Assembly: GCA_964469265.1 (NCBI GenBank)
Contig: CAYXYF010000003.1
Coordinates: 23,010-87,009, forward strand
Direction of reading: 5' to 3'
Source of the DNA: an uncultured Bdellovibrionales bacterium
GTDB lineage: Bacteria; Bdellovibrionota; Bdellovibrionia; Bdellovibrionales; JAEYZS01
DNA length: 64,000 nt
The position numbers and the translations under genes are program-made. This document shows positions 18,856 through 27,514 of the stretch, piece by piece. How positions within the stretch are numbered: the stretch's first letter is position 1; each line of letters begins with the position of its first letter. Below the pieces are notes generated by a model, which was not told the origin of the DNA, searched no databases, and saw nothing but the letters and a program-made list of their open reading frames with translations.

Positions 18856-21609
18856 ATGAAGCTTTTTTTATTCATAACTTTAGTTTCAATGACCGCGTTT
18901 GCTCTTGAGCCTTCAAGAGGAACTCCTGCATCCAATGATACATTTAGCAATTATCAATGGGGACTCTATAACCACGGTCAAACTCTTTACCGAGACATTG
19001 ACGATATTCATCCTGTTACTGTGCAGTCCAAACCTGGCTTTGATATTCAGTGGAAGGAACTCCAAGAGCTTCTTCAAGGGAAAAATCGAAAAACGACCAT
19101 TGTAGCAGTAATTGATTCGGGAATTTCAACAACTCATGAAGATATTAAAGATAATGTCCTAGAGGGATTTAATTTCACAGCACCTAACGAGAAGTTAGAA
19201 AAAAATGTTTTAGATGACGTCGGTCATGGAACTCACGTTGCAGGTATTATCGCATCCCACATATCAAATACTAAAGGAATTGCAGGTGTTGCAGATAATA
19301 TTAAAATCTTACCGTTAAAGGTTTACGGGAACAGAAATGAACCTAGCCTTGCCAATTTTGTTGGTCGAGTTGCTAAGGCCATTGACTATGCCGTTGATCA
19401 GAATGTCGATGTGATCAATCTCAGTCTAGGCTGGCCTCTGGCAATTGATCTAGAGGTTGTGCAAAAGGCAATACAACGTGCAATTGATCGAGATATCACC
19501 GTGGTCGCAGGAGCAGGTAACGATGGCCACGGACTACGGGTAATTCCATGTTCTTACGAAGGTGTCATTTGCGTAGGCTCTACGGGGTTAAGCGGAGATA
19601 TTCCAGGCTTTTCAAACTATGGCGGGCAAGTTGATATCATGGCACCAGGTGAAGAGATTTTAAGCTTATGGCCGCCCATGCTGATGCCGCAAAACTTCGG
19701 TCTACGACAATACAATATCTCATCAGGAACAAGTCAATCAGCCCCATTTGTGAGTGCCGCAGCTGCAATTTTAAGATCCTTATTTAAGAATATTTCGGCC
19801 GATGAAATCAAAGCTAGGCTTTTTGCGTCGACCAAAAATGATCTTACTTGGGATCAAAAGTATGCATTAAATGGTTTATTACAAATTGCTAATGCTATTA
19901 AAATAAAACCGCAACCTGTGGTGCGGCCGATTTTAAAAAACTTGGACCAGGTTTTTGTAAATGCCAATACAAAAGAATTTAAATTTACCTTACCTATTAA
20001 AAATTACTGGAACTCTGCTGCGCAAGTCACGATTCGTCTCATACCCAACAGCTCTAATGTCTCTTTTAAACAATCCTCATTCCAACTCGGAACACTTAAT
20101 AAAAGCAAAAGGGCTACTTTAAGTATTTCTGGTTACGCTAAAGATTTATCAGAGAATAACAAACTGACTTTCACAGTTGAGGTCATCACCAATGGCATAA
20201 CTTCAAAGTATCAGCATCAAAGCACACTTGCTCTAAAGACAGAGCATCTCACTGAGATGCTTCGTTTTGCGAACGTTTCTGAACTCCTATCTGTAAGAGA
20301 CTATGACACTGAAGACCTAGATGCGGAATTTTACTCTCAAACTCAAGCGGATGAGGGGCTGACGATTTCTTTATACCGACTGGACGGCTCTCAGTTAAAA
20401 GTGTCTGGAACCTATTTTATTAAAAACGGATATCTGCTGTTTCCGAATGTCGGGTTTGTAAGACGTGATCTAAACAATGACGGAATCCCAGAATACTTTG
20501 TGACCGCTATAATCAAAATTGGAGATGAAATGAGTATTAAGCATTTCATTTTTAATCAAAACTTAAGGCTACAAGAGGGTGAACGCTCCATCTGGAACTT
20601 TGTCGACCAGGGAATTCTACTGAATCAACAAAGTTTGCATTTTGTAGATTGGAACTCAGAGACTTTCGGACCTACGGCGCTTCCGATATTTTGGTCCCAA
20701 GGACAAATTCCTGAAGCCGACTTAAACCCTGATCCTTTTGACCGAATTACACAGGTGAACAAGGGGATTTATTATTTTATGCCCACACTAAAGGAAGGCA
20801 AAGTTGAGCTCAAAACGAGACTTTTAACCAACGAATCTCGGATGGGCAAAATCAGAAAGCAAATCAATGCTCAATTTGATGAGGAAATTAGTTTATTAAA
20901 CTTTGATATTTTTGGTTCATATGTTGAAGTGTTTTTTAGTAGTGGGGTGGCTGCGAATCTCAAATATTATTTGGCGACGTTTGACATGAATAGCGATGAT
21001 ATTGCAATCAAAGCGTTTGATCTTCCGCCAGTGGATTTGCGCTTCCATATGGTGAGATCACTTGGAGACCACCAAGTCAGCTTTTTTGGAATTTATAAAA
21101 ACGATACGGCAAGGCTTTTTATCTTAGACACTCGAACAGCTAGGGTTCAAGACTACAAGCTCATATCCAACAGTGCTCAGAATGGAATTGTATCGCTCTT
21201 AAATGTCCACGAAGACTCCAACTCTATCAGCGCATTAGTTGAGGGCGTTGAAAGCTTTATCCTTTATACTATCGATAAAGCAACGGGGAGCGTGAAAACA
21301 TCCATTGATCCCATCAATCGTTTTAGCTATCTCCCAGGCCAATTCTTCACCGATATGCTGTTTCCAGTGAAGGTGATAGGTACAAAGGGTGCAGTTTATG
21401 TGGATTCCTCTAACATAAACTCAAGAAACGTTCACACCAGCACCGCTACAGACGGAATGATTAAAACGCCAATCAAATGGAGCCTAGAACTTGCAGAAGG
21501 CTGTAAATCTCTCACTCCAAGAAAACTCTACGCCAAGGATCAAAACATCTCCTATATATTCCTCTGCCAAGAAGGCGAAAACCACACCCTAAAAACCTAC
21601 CAACTCTAA
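18856..21609 (+). CDS. subtilisin-like serine protease (peptidase S8) with ~560-aa C-terminal extension
   Basis: Catalytic triad blocks VAVIDSGI (Asp), HGTHVAGIIA (His) and SGTSQSAPFVSAAAA (Ser). Signal peptide present. The C-terminal region contains DLNNDGIPEYF (FG-GAP/Ca-binding-like). Confidence 0.88.
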   Translation: MKLFLFITLVSMTAFALEPSRGTPASNDTFSNYQWGLYNHGQTLYRDIDDIHPVTVQSKPGFDIQWKELQELLQGKNRKTTIVAVIDSGISTTHEDIKDNVLEGFNFTAPNEKLEKNVLDDVGHGTHVAGIIASHISNTKGIAGVADNIKILPLKVYGNRNEPSLANFVGRVAKAIDYAVDQNVDVINLSLGWPLAIDLEVVQKAIQRAIDRDITVVAGAGNDGHGLRVIPCSYEGVICVGSTGLSGDIPGFSNYGGQVDIMAPGEEILSLWPPMLMPQNFGLRQYNISSGTSQSAPFVSAAAAILRSLFKNISADEIKARLFASTKNDLTWDQKYALNGLLQIANAIKIKPQPVVRPILKNLDQVFVNANTKEFKFTLPIKNYWNSAAQVTIRLIPNSSNVSFKQSSFQLGTLNKSKRATLSISGYAKDLSENNKLTFTVEVITNGITSKYQHQSTLALKTEHLTEMLRFANVSELLSVRDYDTEDLDAEFYSQTQADEGLTISLYRLDGSQLKVSGTYFIKNGYLLFPNVGFVRRDLNNDGIPEYFVTAIIKIGDEMSIKHFIFNQNLRLQEGERSIWNFVDQGILLNQQSLHFVDWNSETFGPTALPIFWSQGQIPEADLNPDPFDRITQVNKGIYYFMPTLKEGKVELKTRLLTNESRMGKIRKQINAQFDEEISLLNFDIFGSYVEVFFSSGVAANLKYYLATFDMNSDDIAIKAFDLPPVDLRFHMVRSLGDHQVSFFGIYKNDTARLFILDTRTARVQDYKLISNSAQNGIVSLLNVHEDSNSISALVEGVESFILYTIDKATGSVKTSIDPINRFSYLPGQFFTDMLFPVKVIGTKGAVYVDSSNINSRNVHTSTATDGMIKTPIKWSLELAEGCKSLTPRKLYAKDQNISYIFLCQEGENHTLKTYQL

Positions 21610-21645
21610 GAGGTACGCCGTACCTTTTTGTCTATCCGCGCGTCA
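21607..21645 (+). repeat. copy B of the terminator-like repeat (core 21611-21634)
   Basis: Identical 24-nt core. The upstream conserved TAA (21607-21609) is the subtilase stop codon. The 3' flank GTCTATccgCGcGTcA runs into the stop of the convergent gene at 21643. Confidence 0.9.
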
Positions 21646-22287
21646 TTTAAGCTCCCTTTTTAGCAGCTGCGAAACAAAAGGGAAGGCCGTACCTTTTATG
21701 ATTTTTTGGGCTTCTTTTTCGGATAGTTCGTTGGCTTCTTTTACTAGGTCTTCAAAGATTGTTTCCGTCGCGCCTATCGCAAGTGATGGGAAGCTTGAGT
21801 CTTCTATTTCGCCGCAGGCAATAATATCAAAATTTTGCCATAGTGGCCTCATCGCTTTTTCGTAGGTCCGCGCAAGGTACTTGCCTTGGAGATCGACCGC
21901 CTCTTTGAGTTGCTTGGTAGAAAGGGGAGAGTCCATTTTTAAAGTTTCCAAAATCTCAGTGGATTCTGGCATCCAATTTTTTTGTTCTTTTGTTCGTGAG
22001 AGTTTATAGGCAGCTTTAAAAAACTCTCTTGAAAAGAACGTAGCCCTGCCGAAAAGCCATTTACTATAAACGACCTCTTTTGAACTTGAGAGTTCTGCGC
22101 GCAAGTGCCAAAGCTTTGCAACGCGGTCATCTCCATACTCATCCCATTCCCACCGCATTTCGCTCCGTGGATAGAGAACTTTCCAAATGGAGTTGTACTC
22201 TGGTTTTCCTTTGATTGGAAATACCAACAACATTCCGTGTTCATTAATGGCATTGATAGCTTTAGTTTTAGCGTTCAGCTTTTTCAT
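21643..22287 (-). CDS. hypothetical cytoplasmic protein (214 aa), possible winged-helix fold
   Basis: ORF 8 nt downstream of the MBL hydrolase gene on the same strand. No signal peptide. No confident family. Confidence 0.55.
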   Translation of the reverse strand: MKKLNAKTKAINAINEHGMLLVFPIKGKPEYNSIWKVLYPRSEMRWEWDEYGDDRVAKLWHLRAELSSSKEVVYSKWLFGRATFFSREFFKAAYKLSRTKEQKNWMPESTEILETLKMDSPLSTKQLKEAVDLQGKYLARTYEKAMRPLWQNFDIIACGEIEDSSFPSLAIGATETIFEDLVKEANELSEKEAQKIIKGTAFPFVSQLLKRELK

Positions 22288-22295
22288 AATAACCC

Positions 22296-23120
22296 TTAAG
22301 GATTGCTATTAACTGGTGTGCTCTGCGGAAATATATCGACTTTGTTCCAATGTCTTTTTGGAATATGTTTTTGTAAAATCGTTTTTGCATACTCAACGGA
22401 ATATCGACTTGAAAGGTGAGTGAAGACAATCTTTTCGCCTTTAAATTCATCTAGCCTATCGATGACTTCATAAAGGTGAATATGTCCCCATTTGCGAGCA
22501 TCGTCTACGGACTTTTTCGTATCCCAATAGGTCACTTCCATAAATAAAACTCTACTATTTAGAACCTCAGAGTTTGCTTTCCAAAAATCCATAGTTGTGT
22601 CTCCTGTGTACGAAAAAATCGGTAACGAAATTTCTTCCGTCAGTTCTTCGCCACGGCTTTTGATATCTAAAATTTCTTTCTGAGACAAATTTGCAAATTC
22701 TTGTTTTAATTTGTGTCGAGTTTCAAAAATCGTATAACCTACAGAAGGAATTCTGTGGAAAGTTTTAAAAGGTTTAAAGTAATGATTATTGCCTAATCCG
22801 TACTTAATACCTGGTTCAACAGGCAAAAATTCAAATGTATATTCATGACCATCAATTTTAAACCACTCCTTCATCACATTCTTTAGCGGCTCAACCATAA
22901 CCTCAGGCATATAAAATGTTGCAGGCGGTGCTTTAATTAGCGCTTTTTGTGAAATGATATAAGGAATCCCTGCCGCATGATCCATGTGCGCATGAGTTAT
23001 TAAGAAAGTTTTTGGACGAGCTAACGGCTGAATGCCTTGAGCCACATCAATTGTTACTTTAAGTTCTGGAAGATAGAGACTTGTGCCAATACCTGCAGCG
23101 GACACGCCCTGCACATGCAC
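22296..23120 (-). CDS. MBL-fold metallo-hydrolase (RNase Z/ElaC-like)
   Basis: THAHMDHAAG matches the HxHxDH metallo-beta-lactamase motif. GTG start preceded by GGAAGGA. Confidence 0.7.
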   Translation of the reverse strand: MHVQGVSAAGIGTSLYLPELKVTIDVAQGIQPLARPKTFLITHAHMDHAAGIPYIISQKALIKAPPATFYMPEVMVEPLKNVMKEWFKIDGHEYTFEFLPVEPGIKYGLGNNHYFKPFKTFHRIPSVGYTIFETRHKLKQEFANLSQKEILDIKSRGEELTEEISLPIFSYTGDTTMDFWKANSEVLNSRVLFMEVTYWDTKKSVDDARKWGHIHLYEVIDRLDEFKGEKIVFTHLSSRYSVEYAKTILQKHIPKRHWNKVDIFPQSTPVNSNP

Positions 23121-23234
23121 ATCGCAATCCTTCCAATCGCTATATTTAAAGTAATGAGAATAAATAGCTCACCTCCGAATTCCTTAAACTATATCAGCAT
23201 TTAGAGAGAAAAGTTAGGCGCCGGAAAATTTACA

Positions 23235-23261
23235 TAAAAAAAGACACTCCGAAGAGTGTCC
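23235..23261 (-). terminator. Rho-independent terminator (second hairpin downstream of the POT gene)
   Basis: Minus-strand reading GGACACTC-ttcg-GAGTGTC followed by T7-8. Confidence 0.7.
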
Positions 23262-23266
23262 TTTTA

Positions 23267-23305
23267 TAACGCGGTTCTAGACAAAAAGGTACGGCGTACC
23301 TTTTA
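23267..23305 (-). repeat. copy C of the terminator-like repeat, inverted orientation (core 23278-23301)
   Basis: The reverse complement of 23278-23301 equals the 24-nt core. The conserved TAA is the POT transporter stop codon (23303-23305). Confidence 0.9.
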
Positions 23306-24667
23306 GAGGTTTCCGATGGCGCGTCTTAGTGGCTTGTTTAAGATAAAGAAGATAATCCCTGTTCCGATACCTAATGCTGCAAGCATCATGAAGAAGCTAT
23401 CATGGGTCATCTTTGTGTAGAATGTTCCAAGGAAGCCAGTCATGTAGTTTCCAAAGAAACTAGACATAAACCACATACCCATCATTGTAGAAACGATCGG
23501 TTTTGGAGAGACCTTTGTGACAAGGGATAAACCAATTGGTGATAAGAAGAGTTCACCCATTGTGAATGTCCAAGTTGTAGCCATTAGCCAGAACACACTT
23601 CCACGTTGATCAGCCGGCACCACGAGAGCTGCTGCAATCATAATGATGTAAGCAGCACCACAAAGCACACAACCAATACCCATCTTTGTGACAGAGCTTG
23701 GCTCTTTACCGTGCTTGTTCTGCCAGCCCCAAACCATCGCTAAAAGTGGAGCAAAGATAAATATAAATGCTGGGTTAAAGGATTGATACCAAGTGGACGG
23801 AATATTGATCCCGAAGAAAGTCCAATTTGTTTTATCCGTTGCCCAAAGCTGAAGGGTGTTTCCTTGCTGTTCAAAAATCGCCCAGAAAGTAATATTTAAG
23901 AAGCAAAGGACACCGAGGGCCCACACTCTTTGCCACTCATCTTTTGTTAATGGACGTTTTTCTACTTGCTCATCTTTTACGATCACGTCATGCGGGACAA
24001 GATCACTACCTAACCAGTAAGTGATCAACCCGATGATCATGCCGACACCTGCGGCACCGAAGCCCCAGTGCCATCCGACCATTTCACCTAAAGTTCCACA
24101 AACAATAGGAGAAAAGAAAGCACCTAAATTAATTCCCATATAGAAAATTGTAAATGCACGGTCACGTCTTGGGTCACCGTCGGGATAGAGGTTACCAACT
24201 TGAGTTGAAATATTAGGTTTAAATGCTCCGTTACCCAAAACAATGAATAAAAGAGCTAAAAGGAACATTTGCTCTGATGCCATTAAGAAGTGGCCAATGG
24301 CCATCAAAATACCACCGAGATAAACAGTCCGATACTGTCCCAAAACTTTATCTGCTAAGAGACCACCAAAAAATGGAGTGAGATAAACAAGTCCCGTATA
24401 GATTCCATAAATCTGAGAACTCATTTGCTGAACGTTCATATCACCAAACACACTAATAAGGACGCCCTCTAAAGCCGTGTAGCCCAAAACCGTCTTTGCA
24501 CGCTCTGGTTCAAACAAAAGATACTTTGTCATGTATAGAACAAGAAGTGCTCTCATCCCGTAGTAAGAGAAACGCTCCCACATCTCGGTGAAGAACAAGA
24601 CGAACAAACCTGCTGGGTGCCCTAAATACTCTTTACCAGACAATTTCTTGGTGACGTAACTTTTCAT
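23303..24667 (-). CDS. proton-dependent oligopeptide transporter (POT/PTR2 family)
   Basis: 454 aa, polytopic. ERFSYYGMRALLVLYM and FGGLLADKVLG match the PTR2 signature regions. Confidence 0.88.
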   Translation of the reverse strand: MKSYVTKKLSGKEYLGHPAGLFVLFFTEMWERFSYYGMRALLVLYMTKYLLFEPERAKTVLGYTALEGVLISVFGDMNVQQMSSQIYGIYTGLVYLTPFFGGLLADKVLGQYRTVYLGGILMAIGHFLMASEQMFLLALLFIVLGNGAFKPNISTQVGNLYPDGDPRRDRAFTIFYMGINLGAFFSPIVCGTLGEMVGWHWGFGAAGVGMIIGLITYWLGSDLVPHDVIVKDEQVEKRPLTKDEWQRVWALGVLCFLNITFWAIFEQQGNTLQLWATDKTNWTFFGINIPSTWYQSFNPAFIFIFAPLLAMVWGWQNKHGKEPSSVTKMGIGCVLCGAAYIIMIAAALVVPADQRGSVFWLMATTWTFTMGELFLSPIGLSLVTKVSPKPIVSTMMGMWFMSSFFGNYMTGFLGTFYTKMTHDSFFMMLAALGIGTGIIFFILNKPLRRAIGNL

Positions 24668-24838
24668 AGTAAATTCCTTCTCTTAGGATTGGTTGCAAAG
24701 AATCTTGATTAATCCTCTTTGCGCTCTCTATCAACAAAACATTCGGGTACTGCGTAATGTCAAATAATATTTATACGTTTATGTTTGCCTTAGATAAGTG
24801 AATTTTAGATTCTCACTAAGAATATCTAAGGGGGAACA

Positions 24839-25798
24839 ATGAAATTATTAATGCTTTTAATAGCTGTTACTTTAACAGCTCCAGCTAATGCCAATGCCCA
24901 TTGGGGAAATTGGCCAGAACAAATCTACAATTCACTCAGCAAAAATGTGCCGATGCTATCTGGCCTCGATGCACGCTATCAAATTGGTCCAGAGTGGGGG
25001 AAAAAAGTAGTCACAAAAGAGTCACTGAAAAATCAAAATGAGGCATTTCAAATCGCCGCAATTCAAACTGCAAAATTTTCGTTGATGTTTGGTTCGGGGA
25101 CAGCTTTTTATCTTGGTAAATTTAATGGTGAGCACGTGATGGCATCAAACTACCACGTTATTTCTTCTGAAAGCAGTTGTCGAGCTGGACGGGCTACTTT
25201 CACAATGCTCAATAAAACCTTTAAATGTAAGAGGTTTTTAGGCTCATGGTCTGACGTTGATTTTGCCCTTATTACAATTGAGGTACCTGCAGCACAAGAG
25301 CATCTTCTGGAAGGTAAAGGAAGAAACATGGCGTTTCATACCGTGCCTTATAAGGGGCAAAAGCTTTTAACTATTGGTCATGGGACTGCTAATAATCCAA
25401 AGCAAATTCTTGTAGCAAACCAAGATGACGACTGCATAGTTTACTCAGAAACAAATGACATTCGCTTCATGGCAGATCCTGATGATCTCAACCCAGGAGA
25501 TTATGAGGTTTGGTCTTTTGCAAACGGTTGCGATGTATCCCATGGTGATTCTGGCTCGGCGATGGTAGATCGCGTGACGGGCGATATTGTTGGAATTATT
25601 TGGACGGGGAGAGTTCCTAAGGACAAAAAAGTTCAAGACCCTCAGTACCTTGATGAGATTTATTCAACAAACAGTGAAGATGTTTGGAAGCAACTTTCTT
25701 ACGCAGCTCCGTCTGTAAAAATCAAAGAGGTTCTTATGGAAGCCTCACATGGAATGGATATTGACACCAGAGAGACTATCAGACAAATTCTACAATAA
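24839..25798 (+). CDS. secreted trypsin-like serine protease (S1 family)
   Basis: Signal peptide present. Triad candidates ASNYHVI (His), DFALITI (Asp) and HGDSGSAMV (Ser). Confidence 0.65.
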   Translation: MKLLMLLIAVTLTAPANANAHWGNWPEQIYNSLSKNVPMLSGLDARYQIGPEWGKKVVTKESLKNQNEAFQIAAIQTAKFSLMFGSGTAFYLGKFNGEHVMASNYHVISSESSCRAGRATFTMLNKTFKCKRFLGSWSDVDFALITIEVPAAQEHLLEGKGRNMAFHTVPYKGQKLLTIGHGTANNPKQILVANQDDDCIVYSETNDIRFMADPDDLNPGDYEVWSFANGCDVSHGDSGSAMVDRVTGDIVGIIWTGRVPKDKKVQDPQYLDEIYSTNSEDVWKQLSYAAPSVKIKEVLMEASHGMDIDTRETIRQILQ

Positions 25799-26919
25799 TG
25801 TCCGACACAAAAAATATTCTCAGCCTTTGCTTATCGCCCTCAGAAGGAGGGCTTGAGCTTTATTCTGTAACAGTCGCCGACTTTTTTAAAAAAGAAGGCT
25901 ACACCGCGTTTGTTGGTTGTCGACCAAGAAAATTTATTGAAAAAAAGGCGAAGGAAGCCAACCTGAAAGTCATAACCTTTTCAGGACGCGACTACTACTC
26001 TCGAAAAAACAATAAACAGCTTAAAAAATTTATTAAAGACAATAATATCGACGTCATCTTTATTAATCGCCTTAAGGACCTTTGGCTGACATACTTTCTG
26101 AAAAAGAAATTTCCTCACGTCAGAGTCATTGGCTTCACACAAATGTTTGTAGATTATCCGAAAAAAGGAATGTTCCATCGGATGATTTACGGAAGCCTTG
26201 ATCATCTCATCACGCTCACAAACATTCAGAAAGAACATCTGTTGCAAATGCTCCCAGTGCCACCCGAAAAATACGTTGTGATTCCGAATGGTGTGGATAC
26301 TTCGAAGTTCCAACCTGAACCTCAGGATTCAGATCTTCGAAGAAAAACGAGAACTTCCCTAGGCGTTGAGGGCGGTAATGAAATTCTGGTGGGCTTAATT
26401 GGTCGCTTTGACCGTCAAAAGGGCCAAATGGAGTTTATAGAAGCCGTTAAAAATCTTAAAGATAAACACAGCAACGTAAAGTATGTTTTGGTCGGTGCAG
26501 ATACTTACGGTGAAGAACCACTTCAAAAGAAAATTTTAAGTGAAATTATCTCAAATAACTTAAACTCAGTTATCCAAGTTCGTGGATTTTCAAATGAAGT
26601 GCAAAATATTATGAAGGCTTTAGATGTGTTTATCATGCCATCTTACAAAGAGACCTTCGGCATAGTTTTAATTGAAGCCATGGCCTGCGAAAAAATTTGT
26701 ATAGCGACCAATACAGGTGGTCCCGTTGAAATCTTAGATAACGGCAAGTATGGCTTATTGATTGAACCTAAATCCGCTGCTGCCATCGAAGAAGGCATTA
26801 CGGAGGTTGTAAACAACTTATCGAATTACCGAGAAAAAGCAAAGCTTGCGCGTAAAAGAGTCGAAGAGCGCTACCAATTAAAGGATGTCTTTCAAAAGAT
26901 TAAAGAGCTTACGGTATAA
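25798..26919 (+). CDS. glycosyltransferase family 4 (GT-B)
   Basis: 373 aa. The C-terminal block PSYKETFGIVLIEAMACEKICIATNTGGPVEIL is the typical GT4 E-x7-E region. The start overlaps the upstream stop (TAATG). Confidence 0.8.
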   Translation: MSDTKNILSLCLSPSEGGLELYSVTVADFFKKEGYTAFVGCRPRKFIEKKAKEANLKVITFSGRDYYSRKNNKQLKKFIKDNNIDVIFINRLKDLWLTYFLKKKFPHVRVIGFTQMFVDYPKKGMFHRMIYGSLDHLITLTNIQKEHLLQMLPVPPEKYVVIPNGVDTSKFQPEPQDSDLRRKTRTSLGVEGGNEILVGLIGRFDRQKGQMEFIEAVKNLKDKHSNVKYVLVGADTYGEEPLQKKILSEIISNNLNSVIQVRGFSNEVQNIMKALDVFIMPSYKETFGIVLIEAMACEKICIATNTGGPVEILDNGKYGLLIEPKSAAAIEEGITEVVNNLSNYREKAKLARKRVEERYQLKDVFQKIKELTV

Positions 26920-26923
26920 GAAG

Positions 26924-27514
26924 TTAAAACTGATAACCGACGCCTAAAAGAATATTGGTCATCTTGGCTTCGGCGTCCTGAGTTCCACCAAAATATTGAT
27001 CCATTCGAACCTCAGCATTTAAAAACCATCTTTTGTGAAGCTGATAATCTAGCCCTGCAAAAAAACCATACCCAATGTAATTGGTCGTTAACACAATCAC
27101 AAACTCTCGCTGCCGTACTGCAAATCCAATGTATGGACGCCATAGCTGCGATATTTCAACAGAGAGTGGACCTACTTCAGTTCTTTTATAGCCTGCGTAT
27201 GTCACAGGGTAATACTTAATGGCCGCATCAATACCAATCGAAGTATCACCACCGAATCCGTCAGACTTTAAGTAATTATAGGACGCACTGGCTGCAACGC
27301 TATCTAAGAAGCAGTATTCCACTCCGAAAGAAAAAGCGCCAAAACCTGAAACCGACCCTGAACGTGCATTCGAGGTCGCAGAAAAGTCATAGGTACCAGC
27401 TTGAAACAAAAATCGCGCTTCACGCTCAAGGGAGTCGCCATAAGCCAAACGACTCAAGCACAATACGACCAATAGTACTGCAATGTTATGCGGCTTTAAC
27501 CTTAGTTGAATCAT
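26924..27514 (-). CDS. small outer-membrane beta-barrel protein
   Basis: 196 aa with a signal peptide ending AYG. Alternating hydrophobic pattern and a C-terminal GVGYQF (terminal aromatic). Last gene of the MotAB operon. Confidence 0.55.
   Translation of the reverse strand: MIQLRLKPHNIAVLLVVLCLSRLAYGDSLEREARFLFQAGTYDFSATSNARSGSVSGFGAFSFGVEYCFLDSVAASASYNYLKSDGFGGDTSIGIDAAIKYYPVTYAGYKRTEVGPLSVEISQLWRPYIGFAVRQREFVIVLTTNYIGYGFFAGLDYQLHKRWFLNAEVRMDQYFGGTQDAEAKMTNILLGVGYQF

Noticed and set aside
14534-21645. Classical integrative genomic island at tRNA-Leu, bounded by direct repeats
   Set aside because: There is no integrase, excisionase, transposase or conjugation gene. The bounding repeat is not a duplication of the tRNA 3' end. 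It also occurs at two other unrelated loci, one inverted. I keep it only as a weaker 'accessory module' finding.
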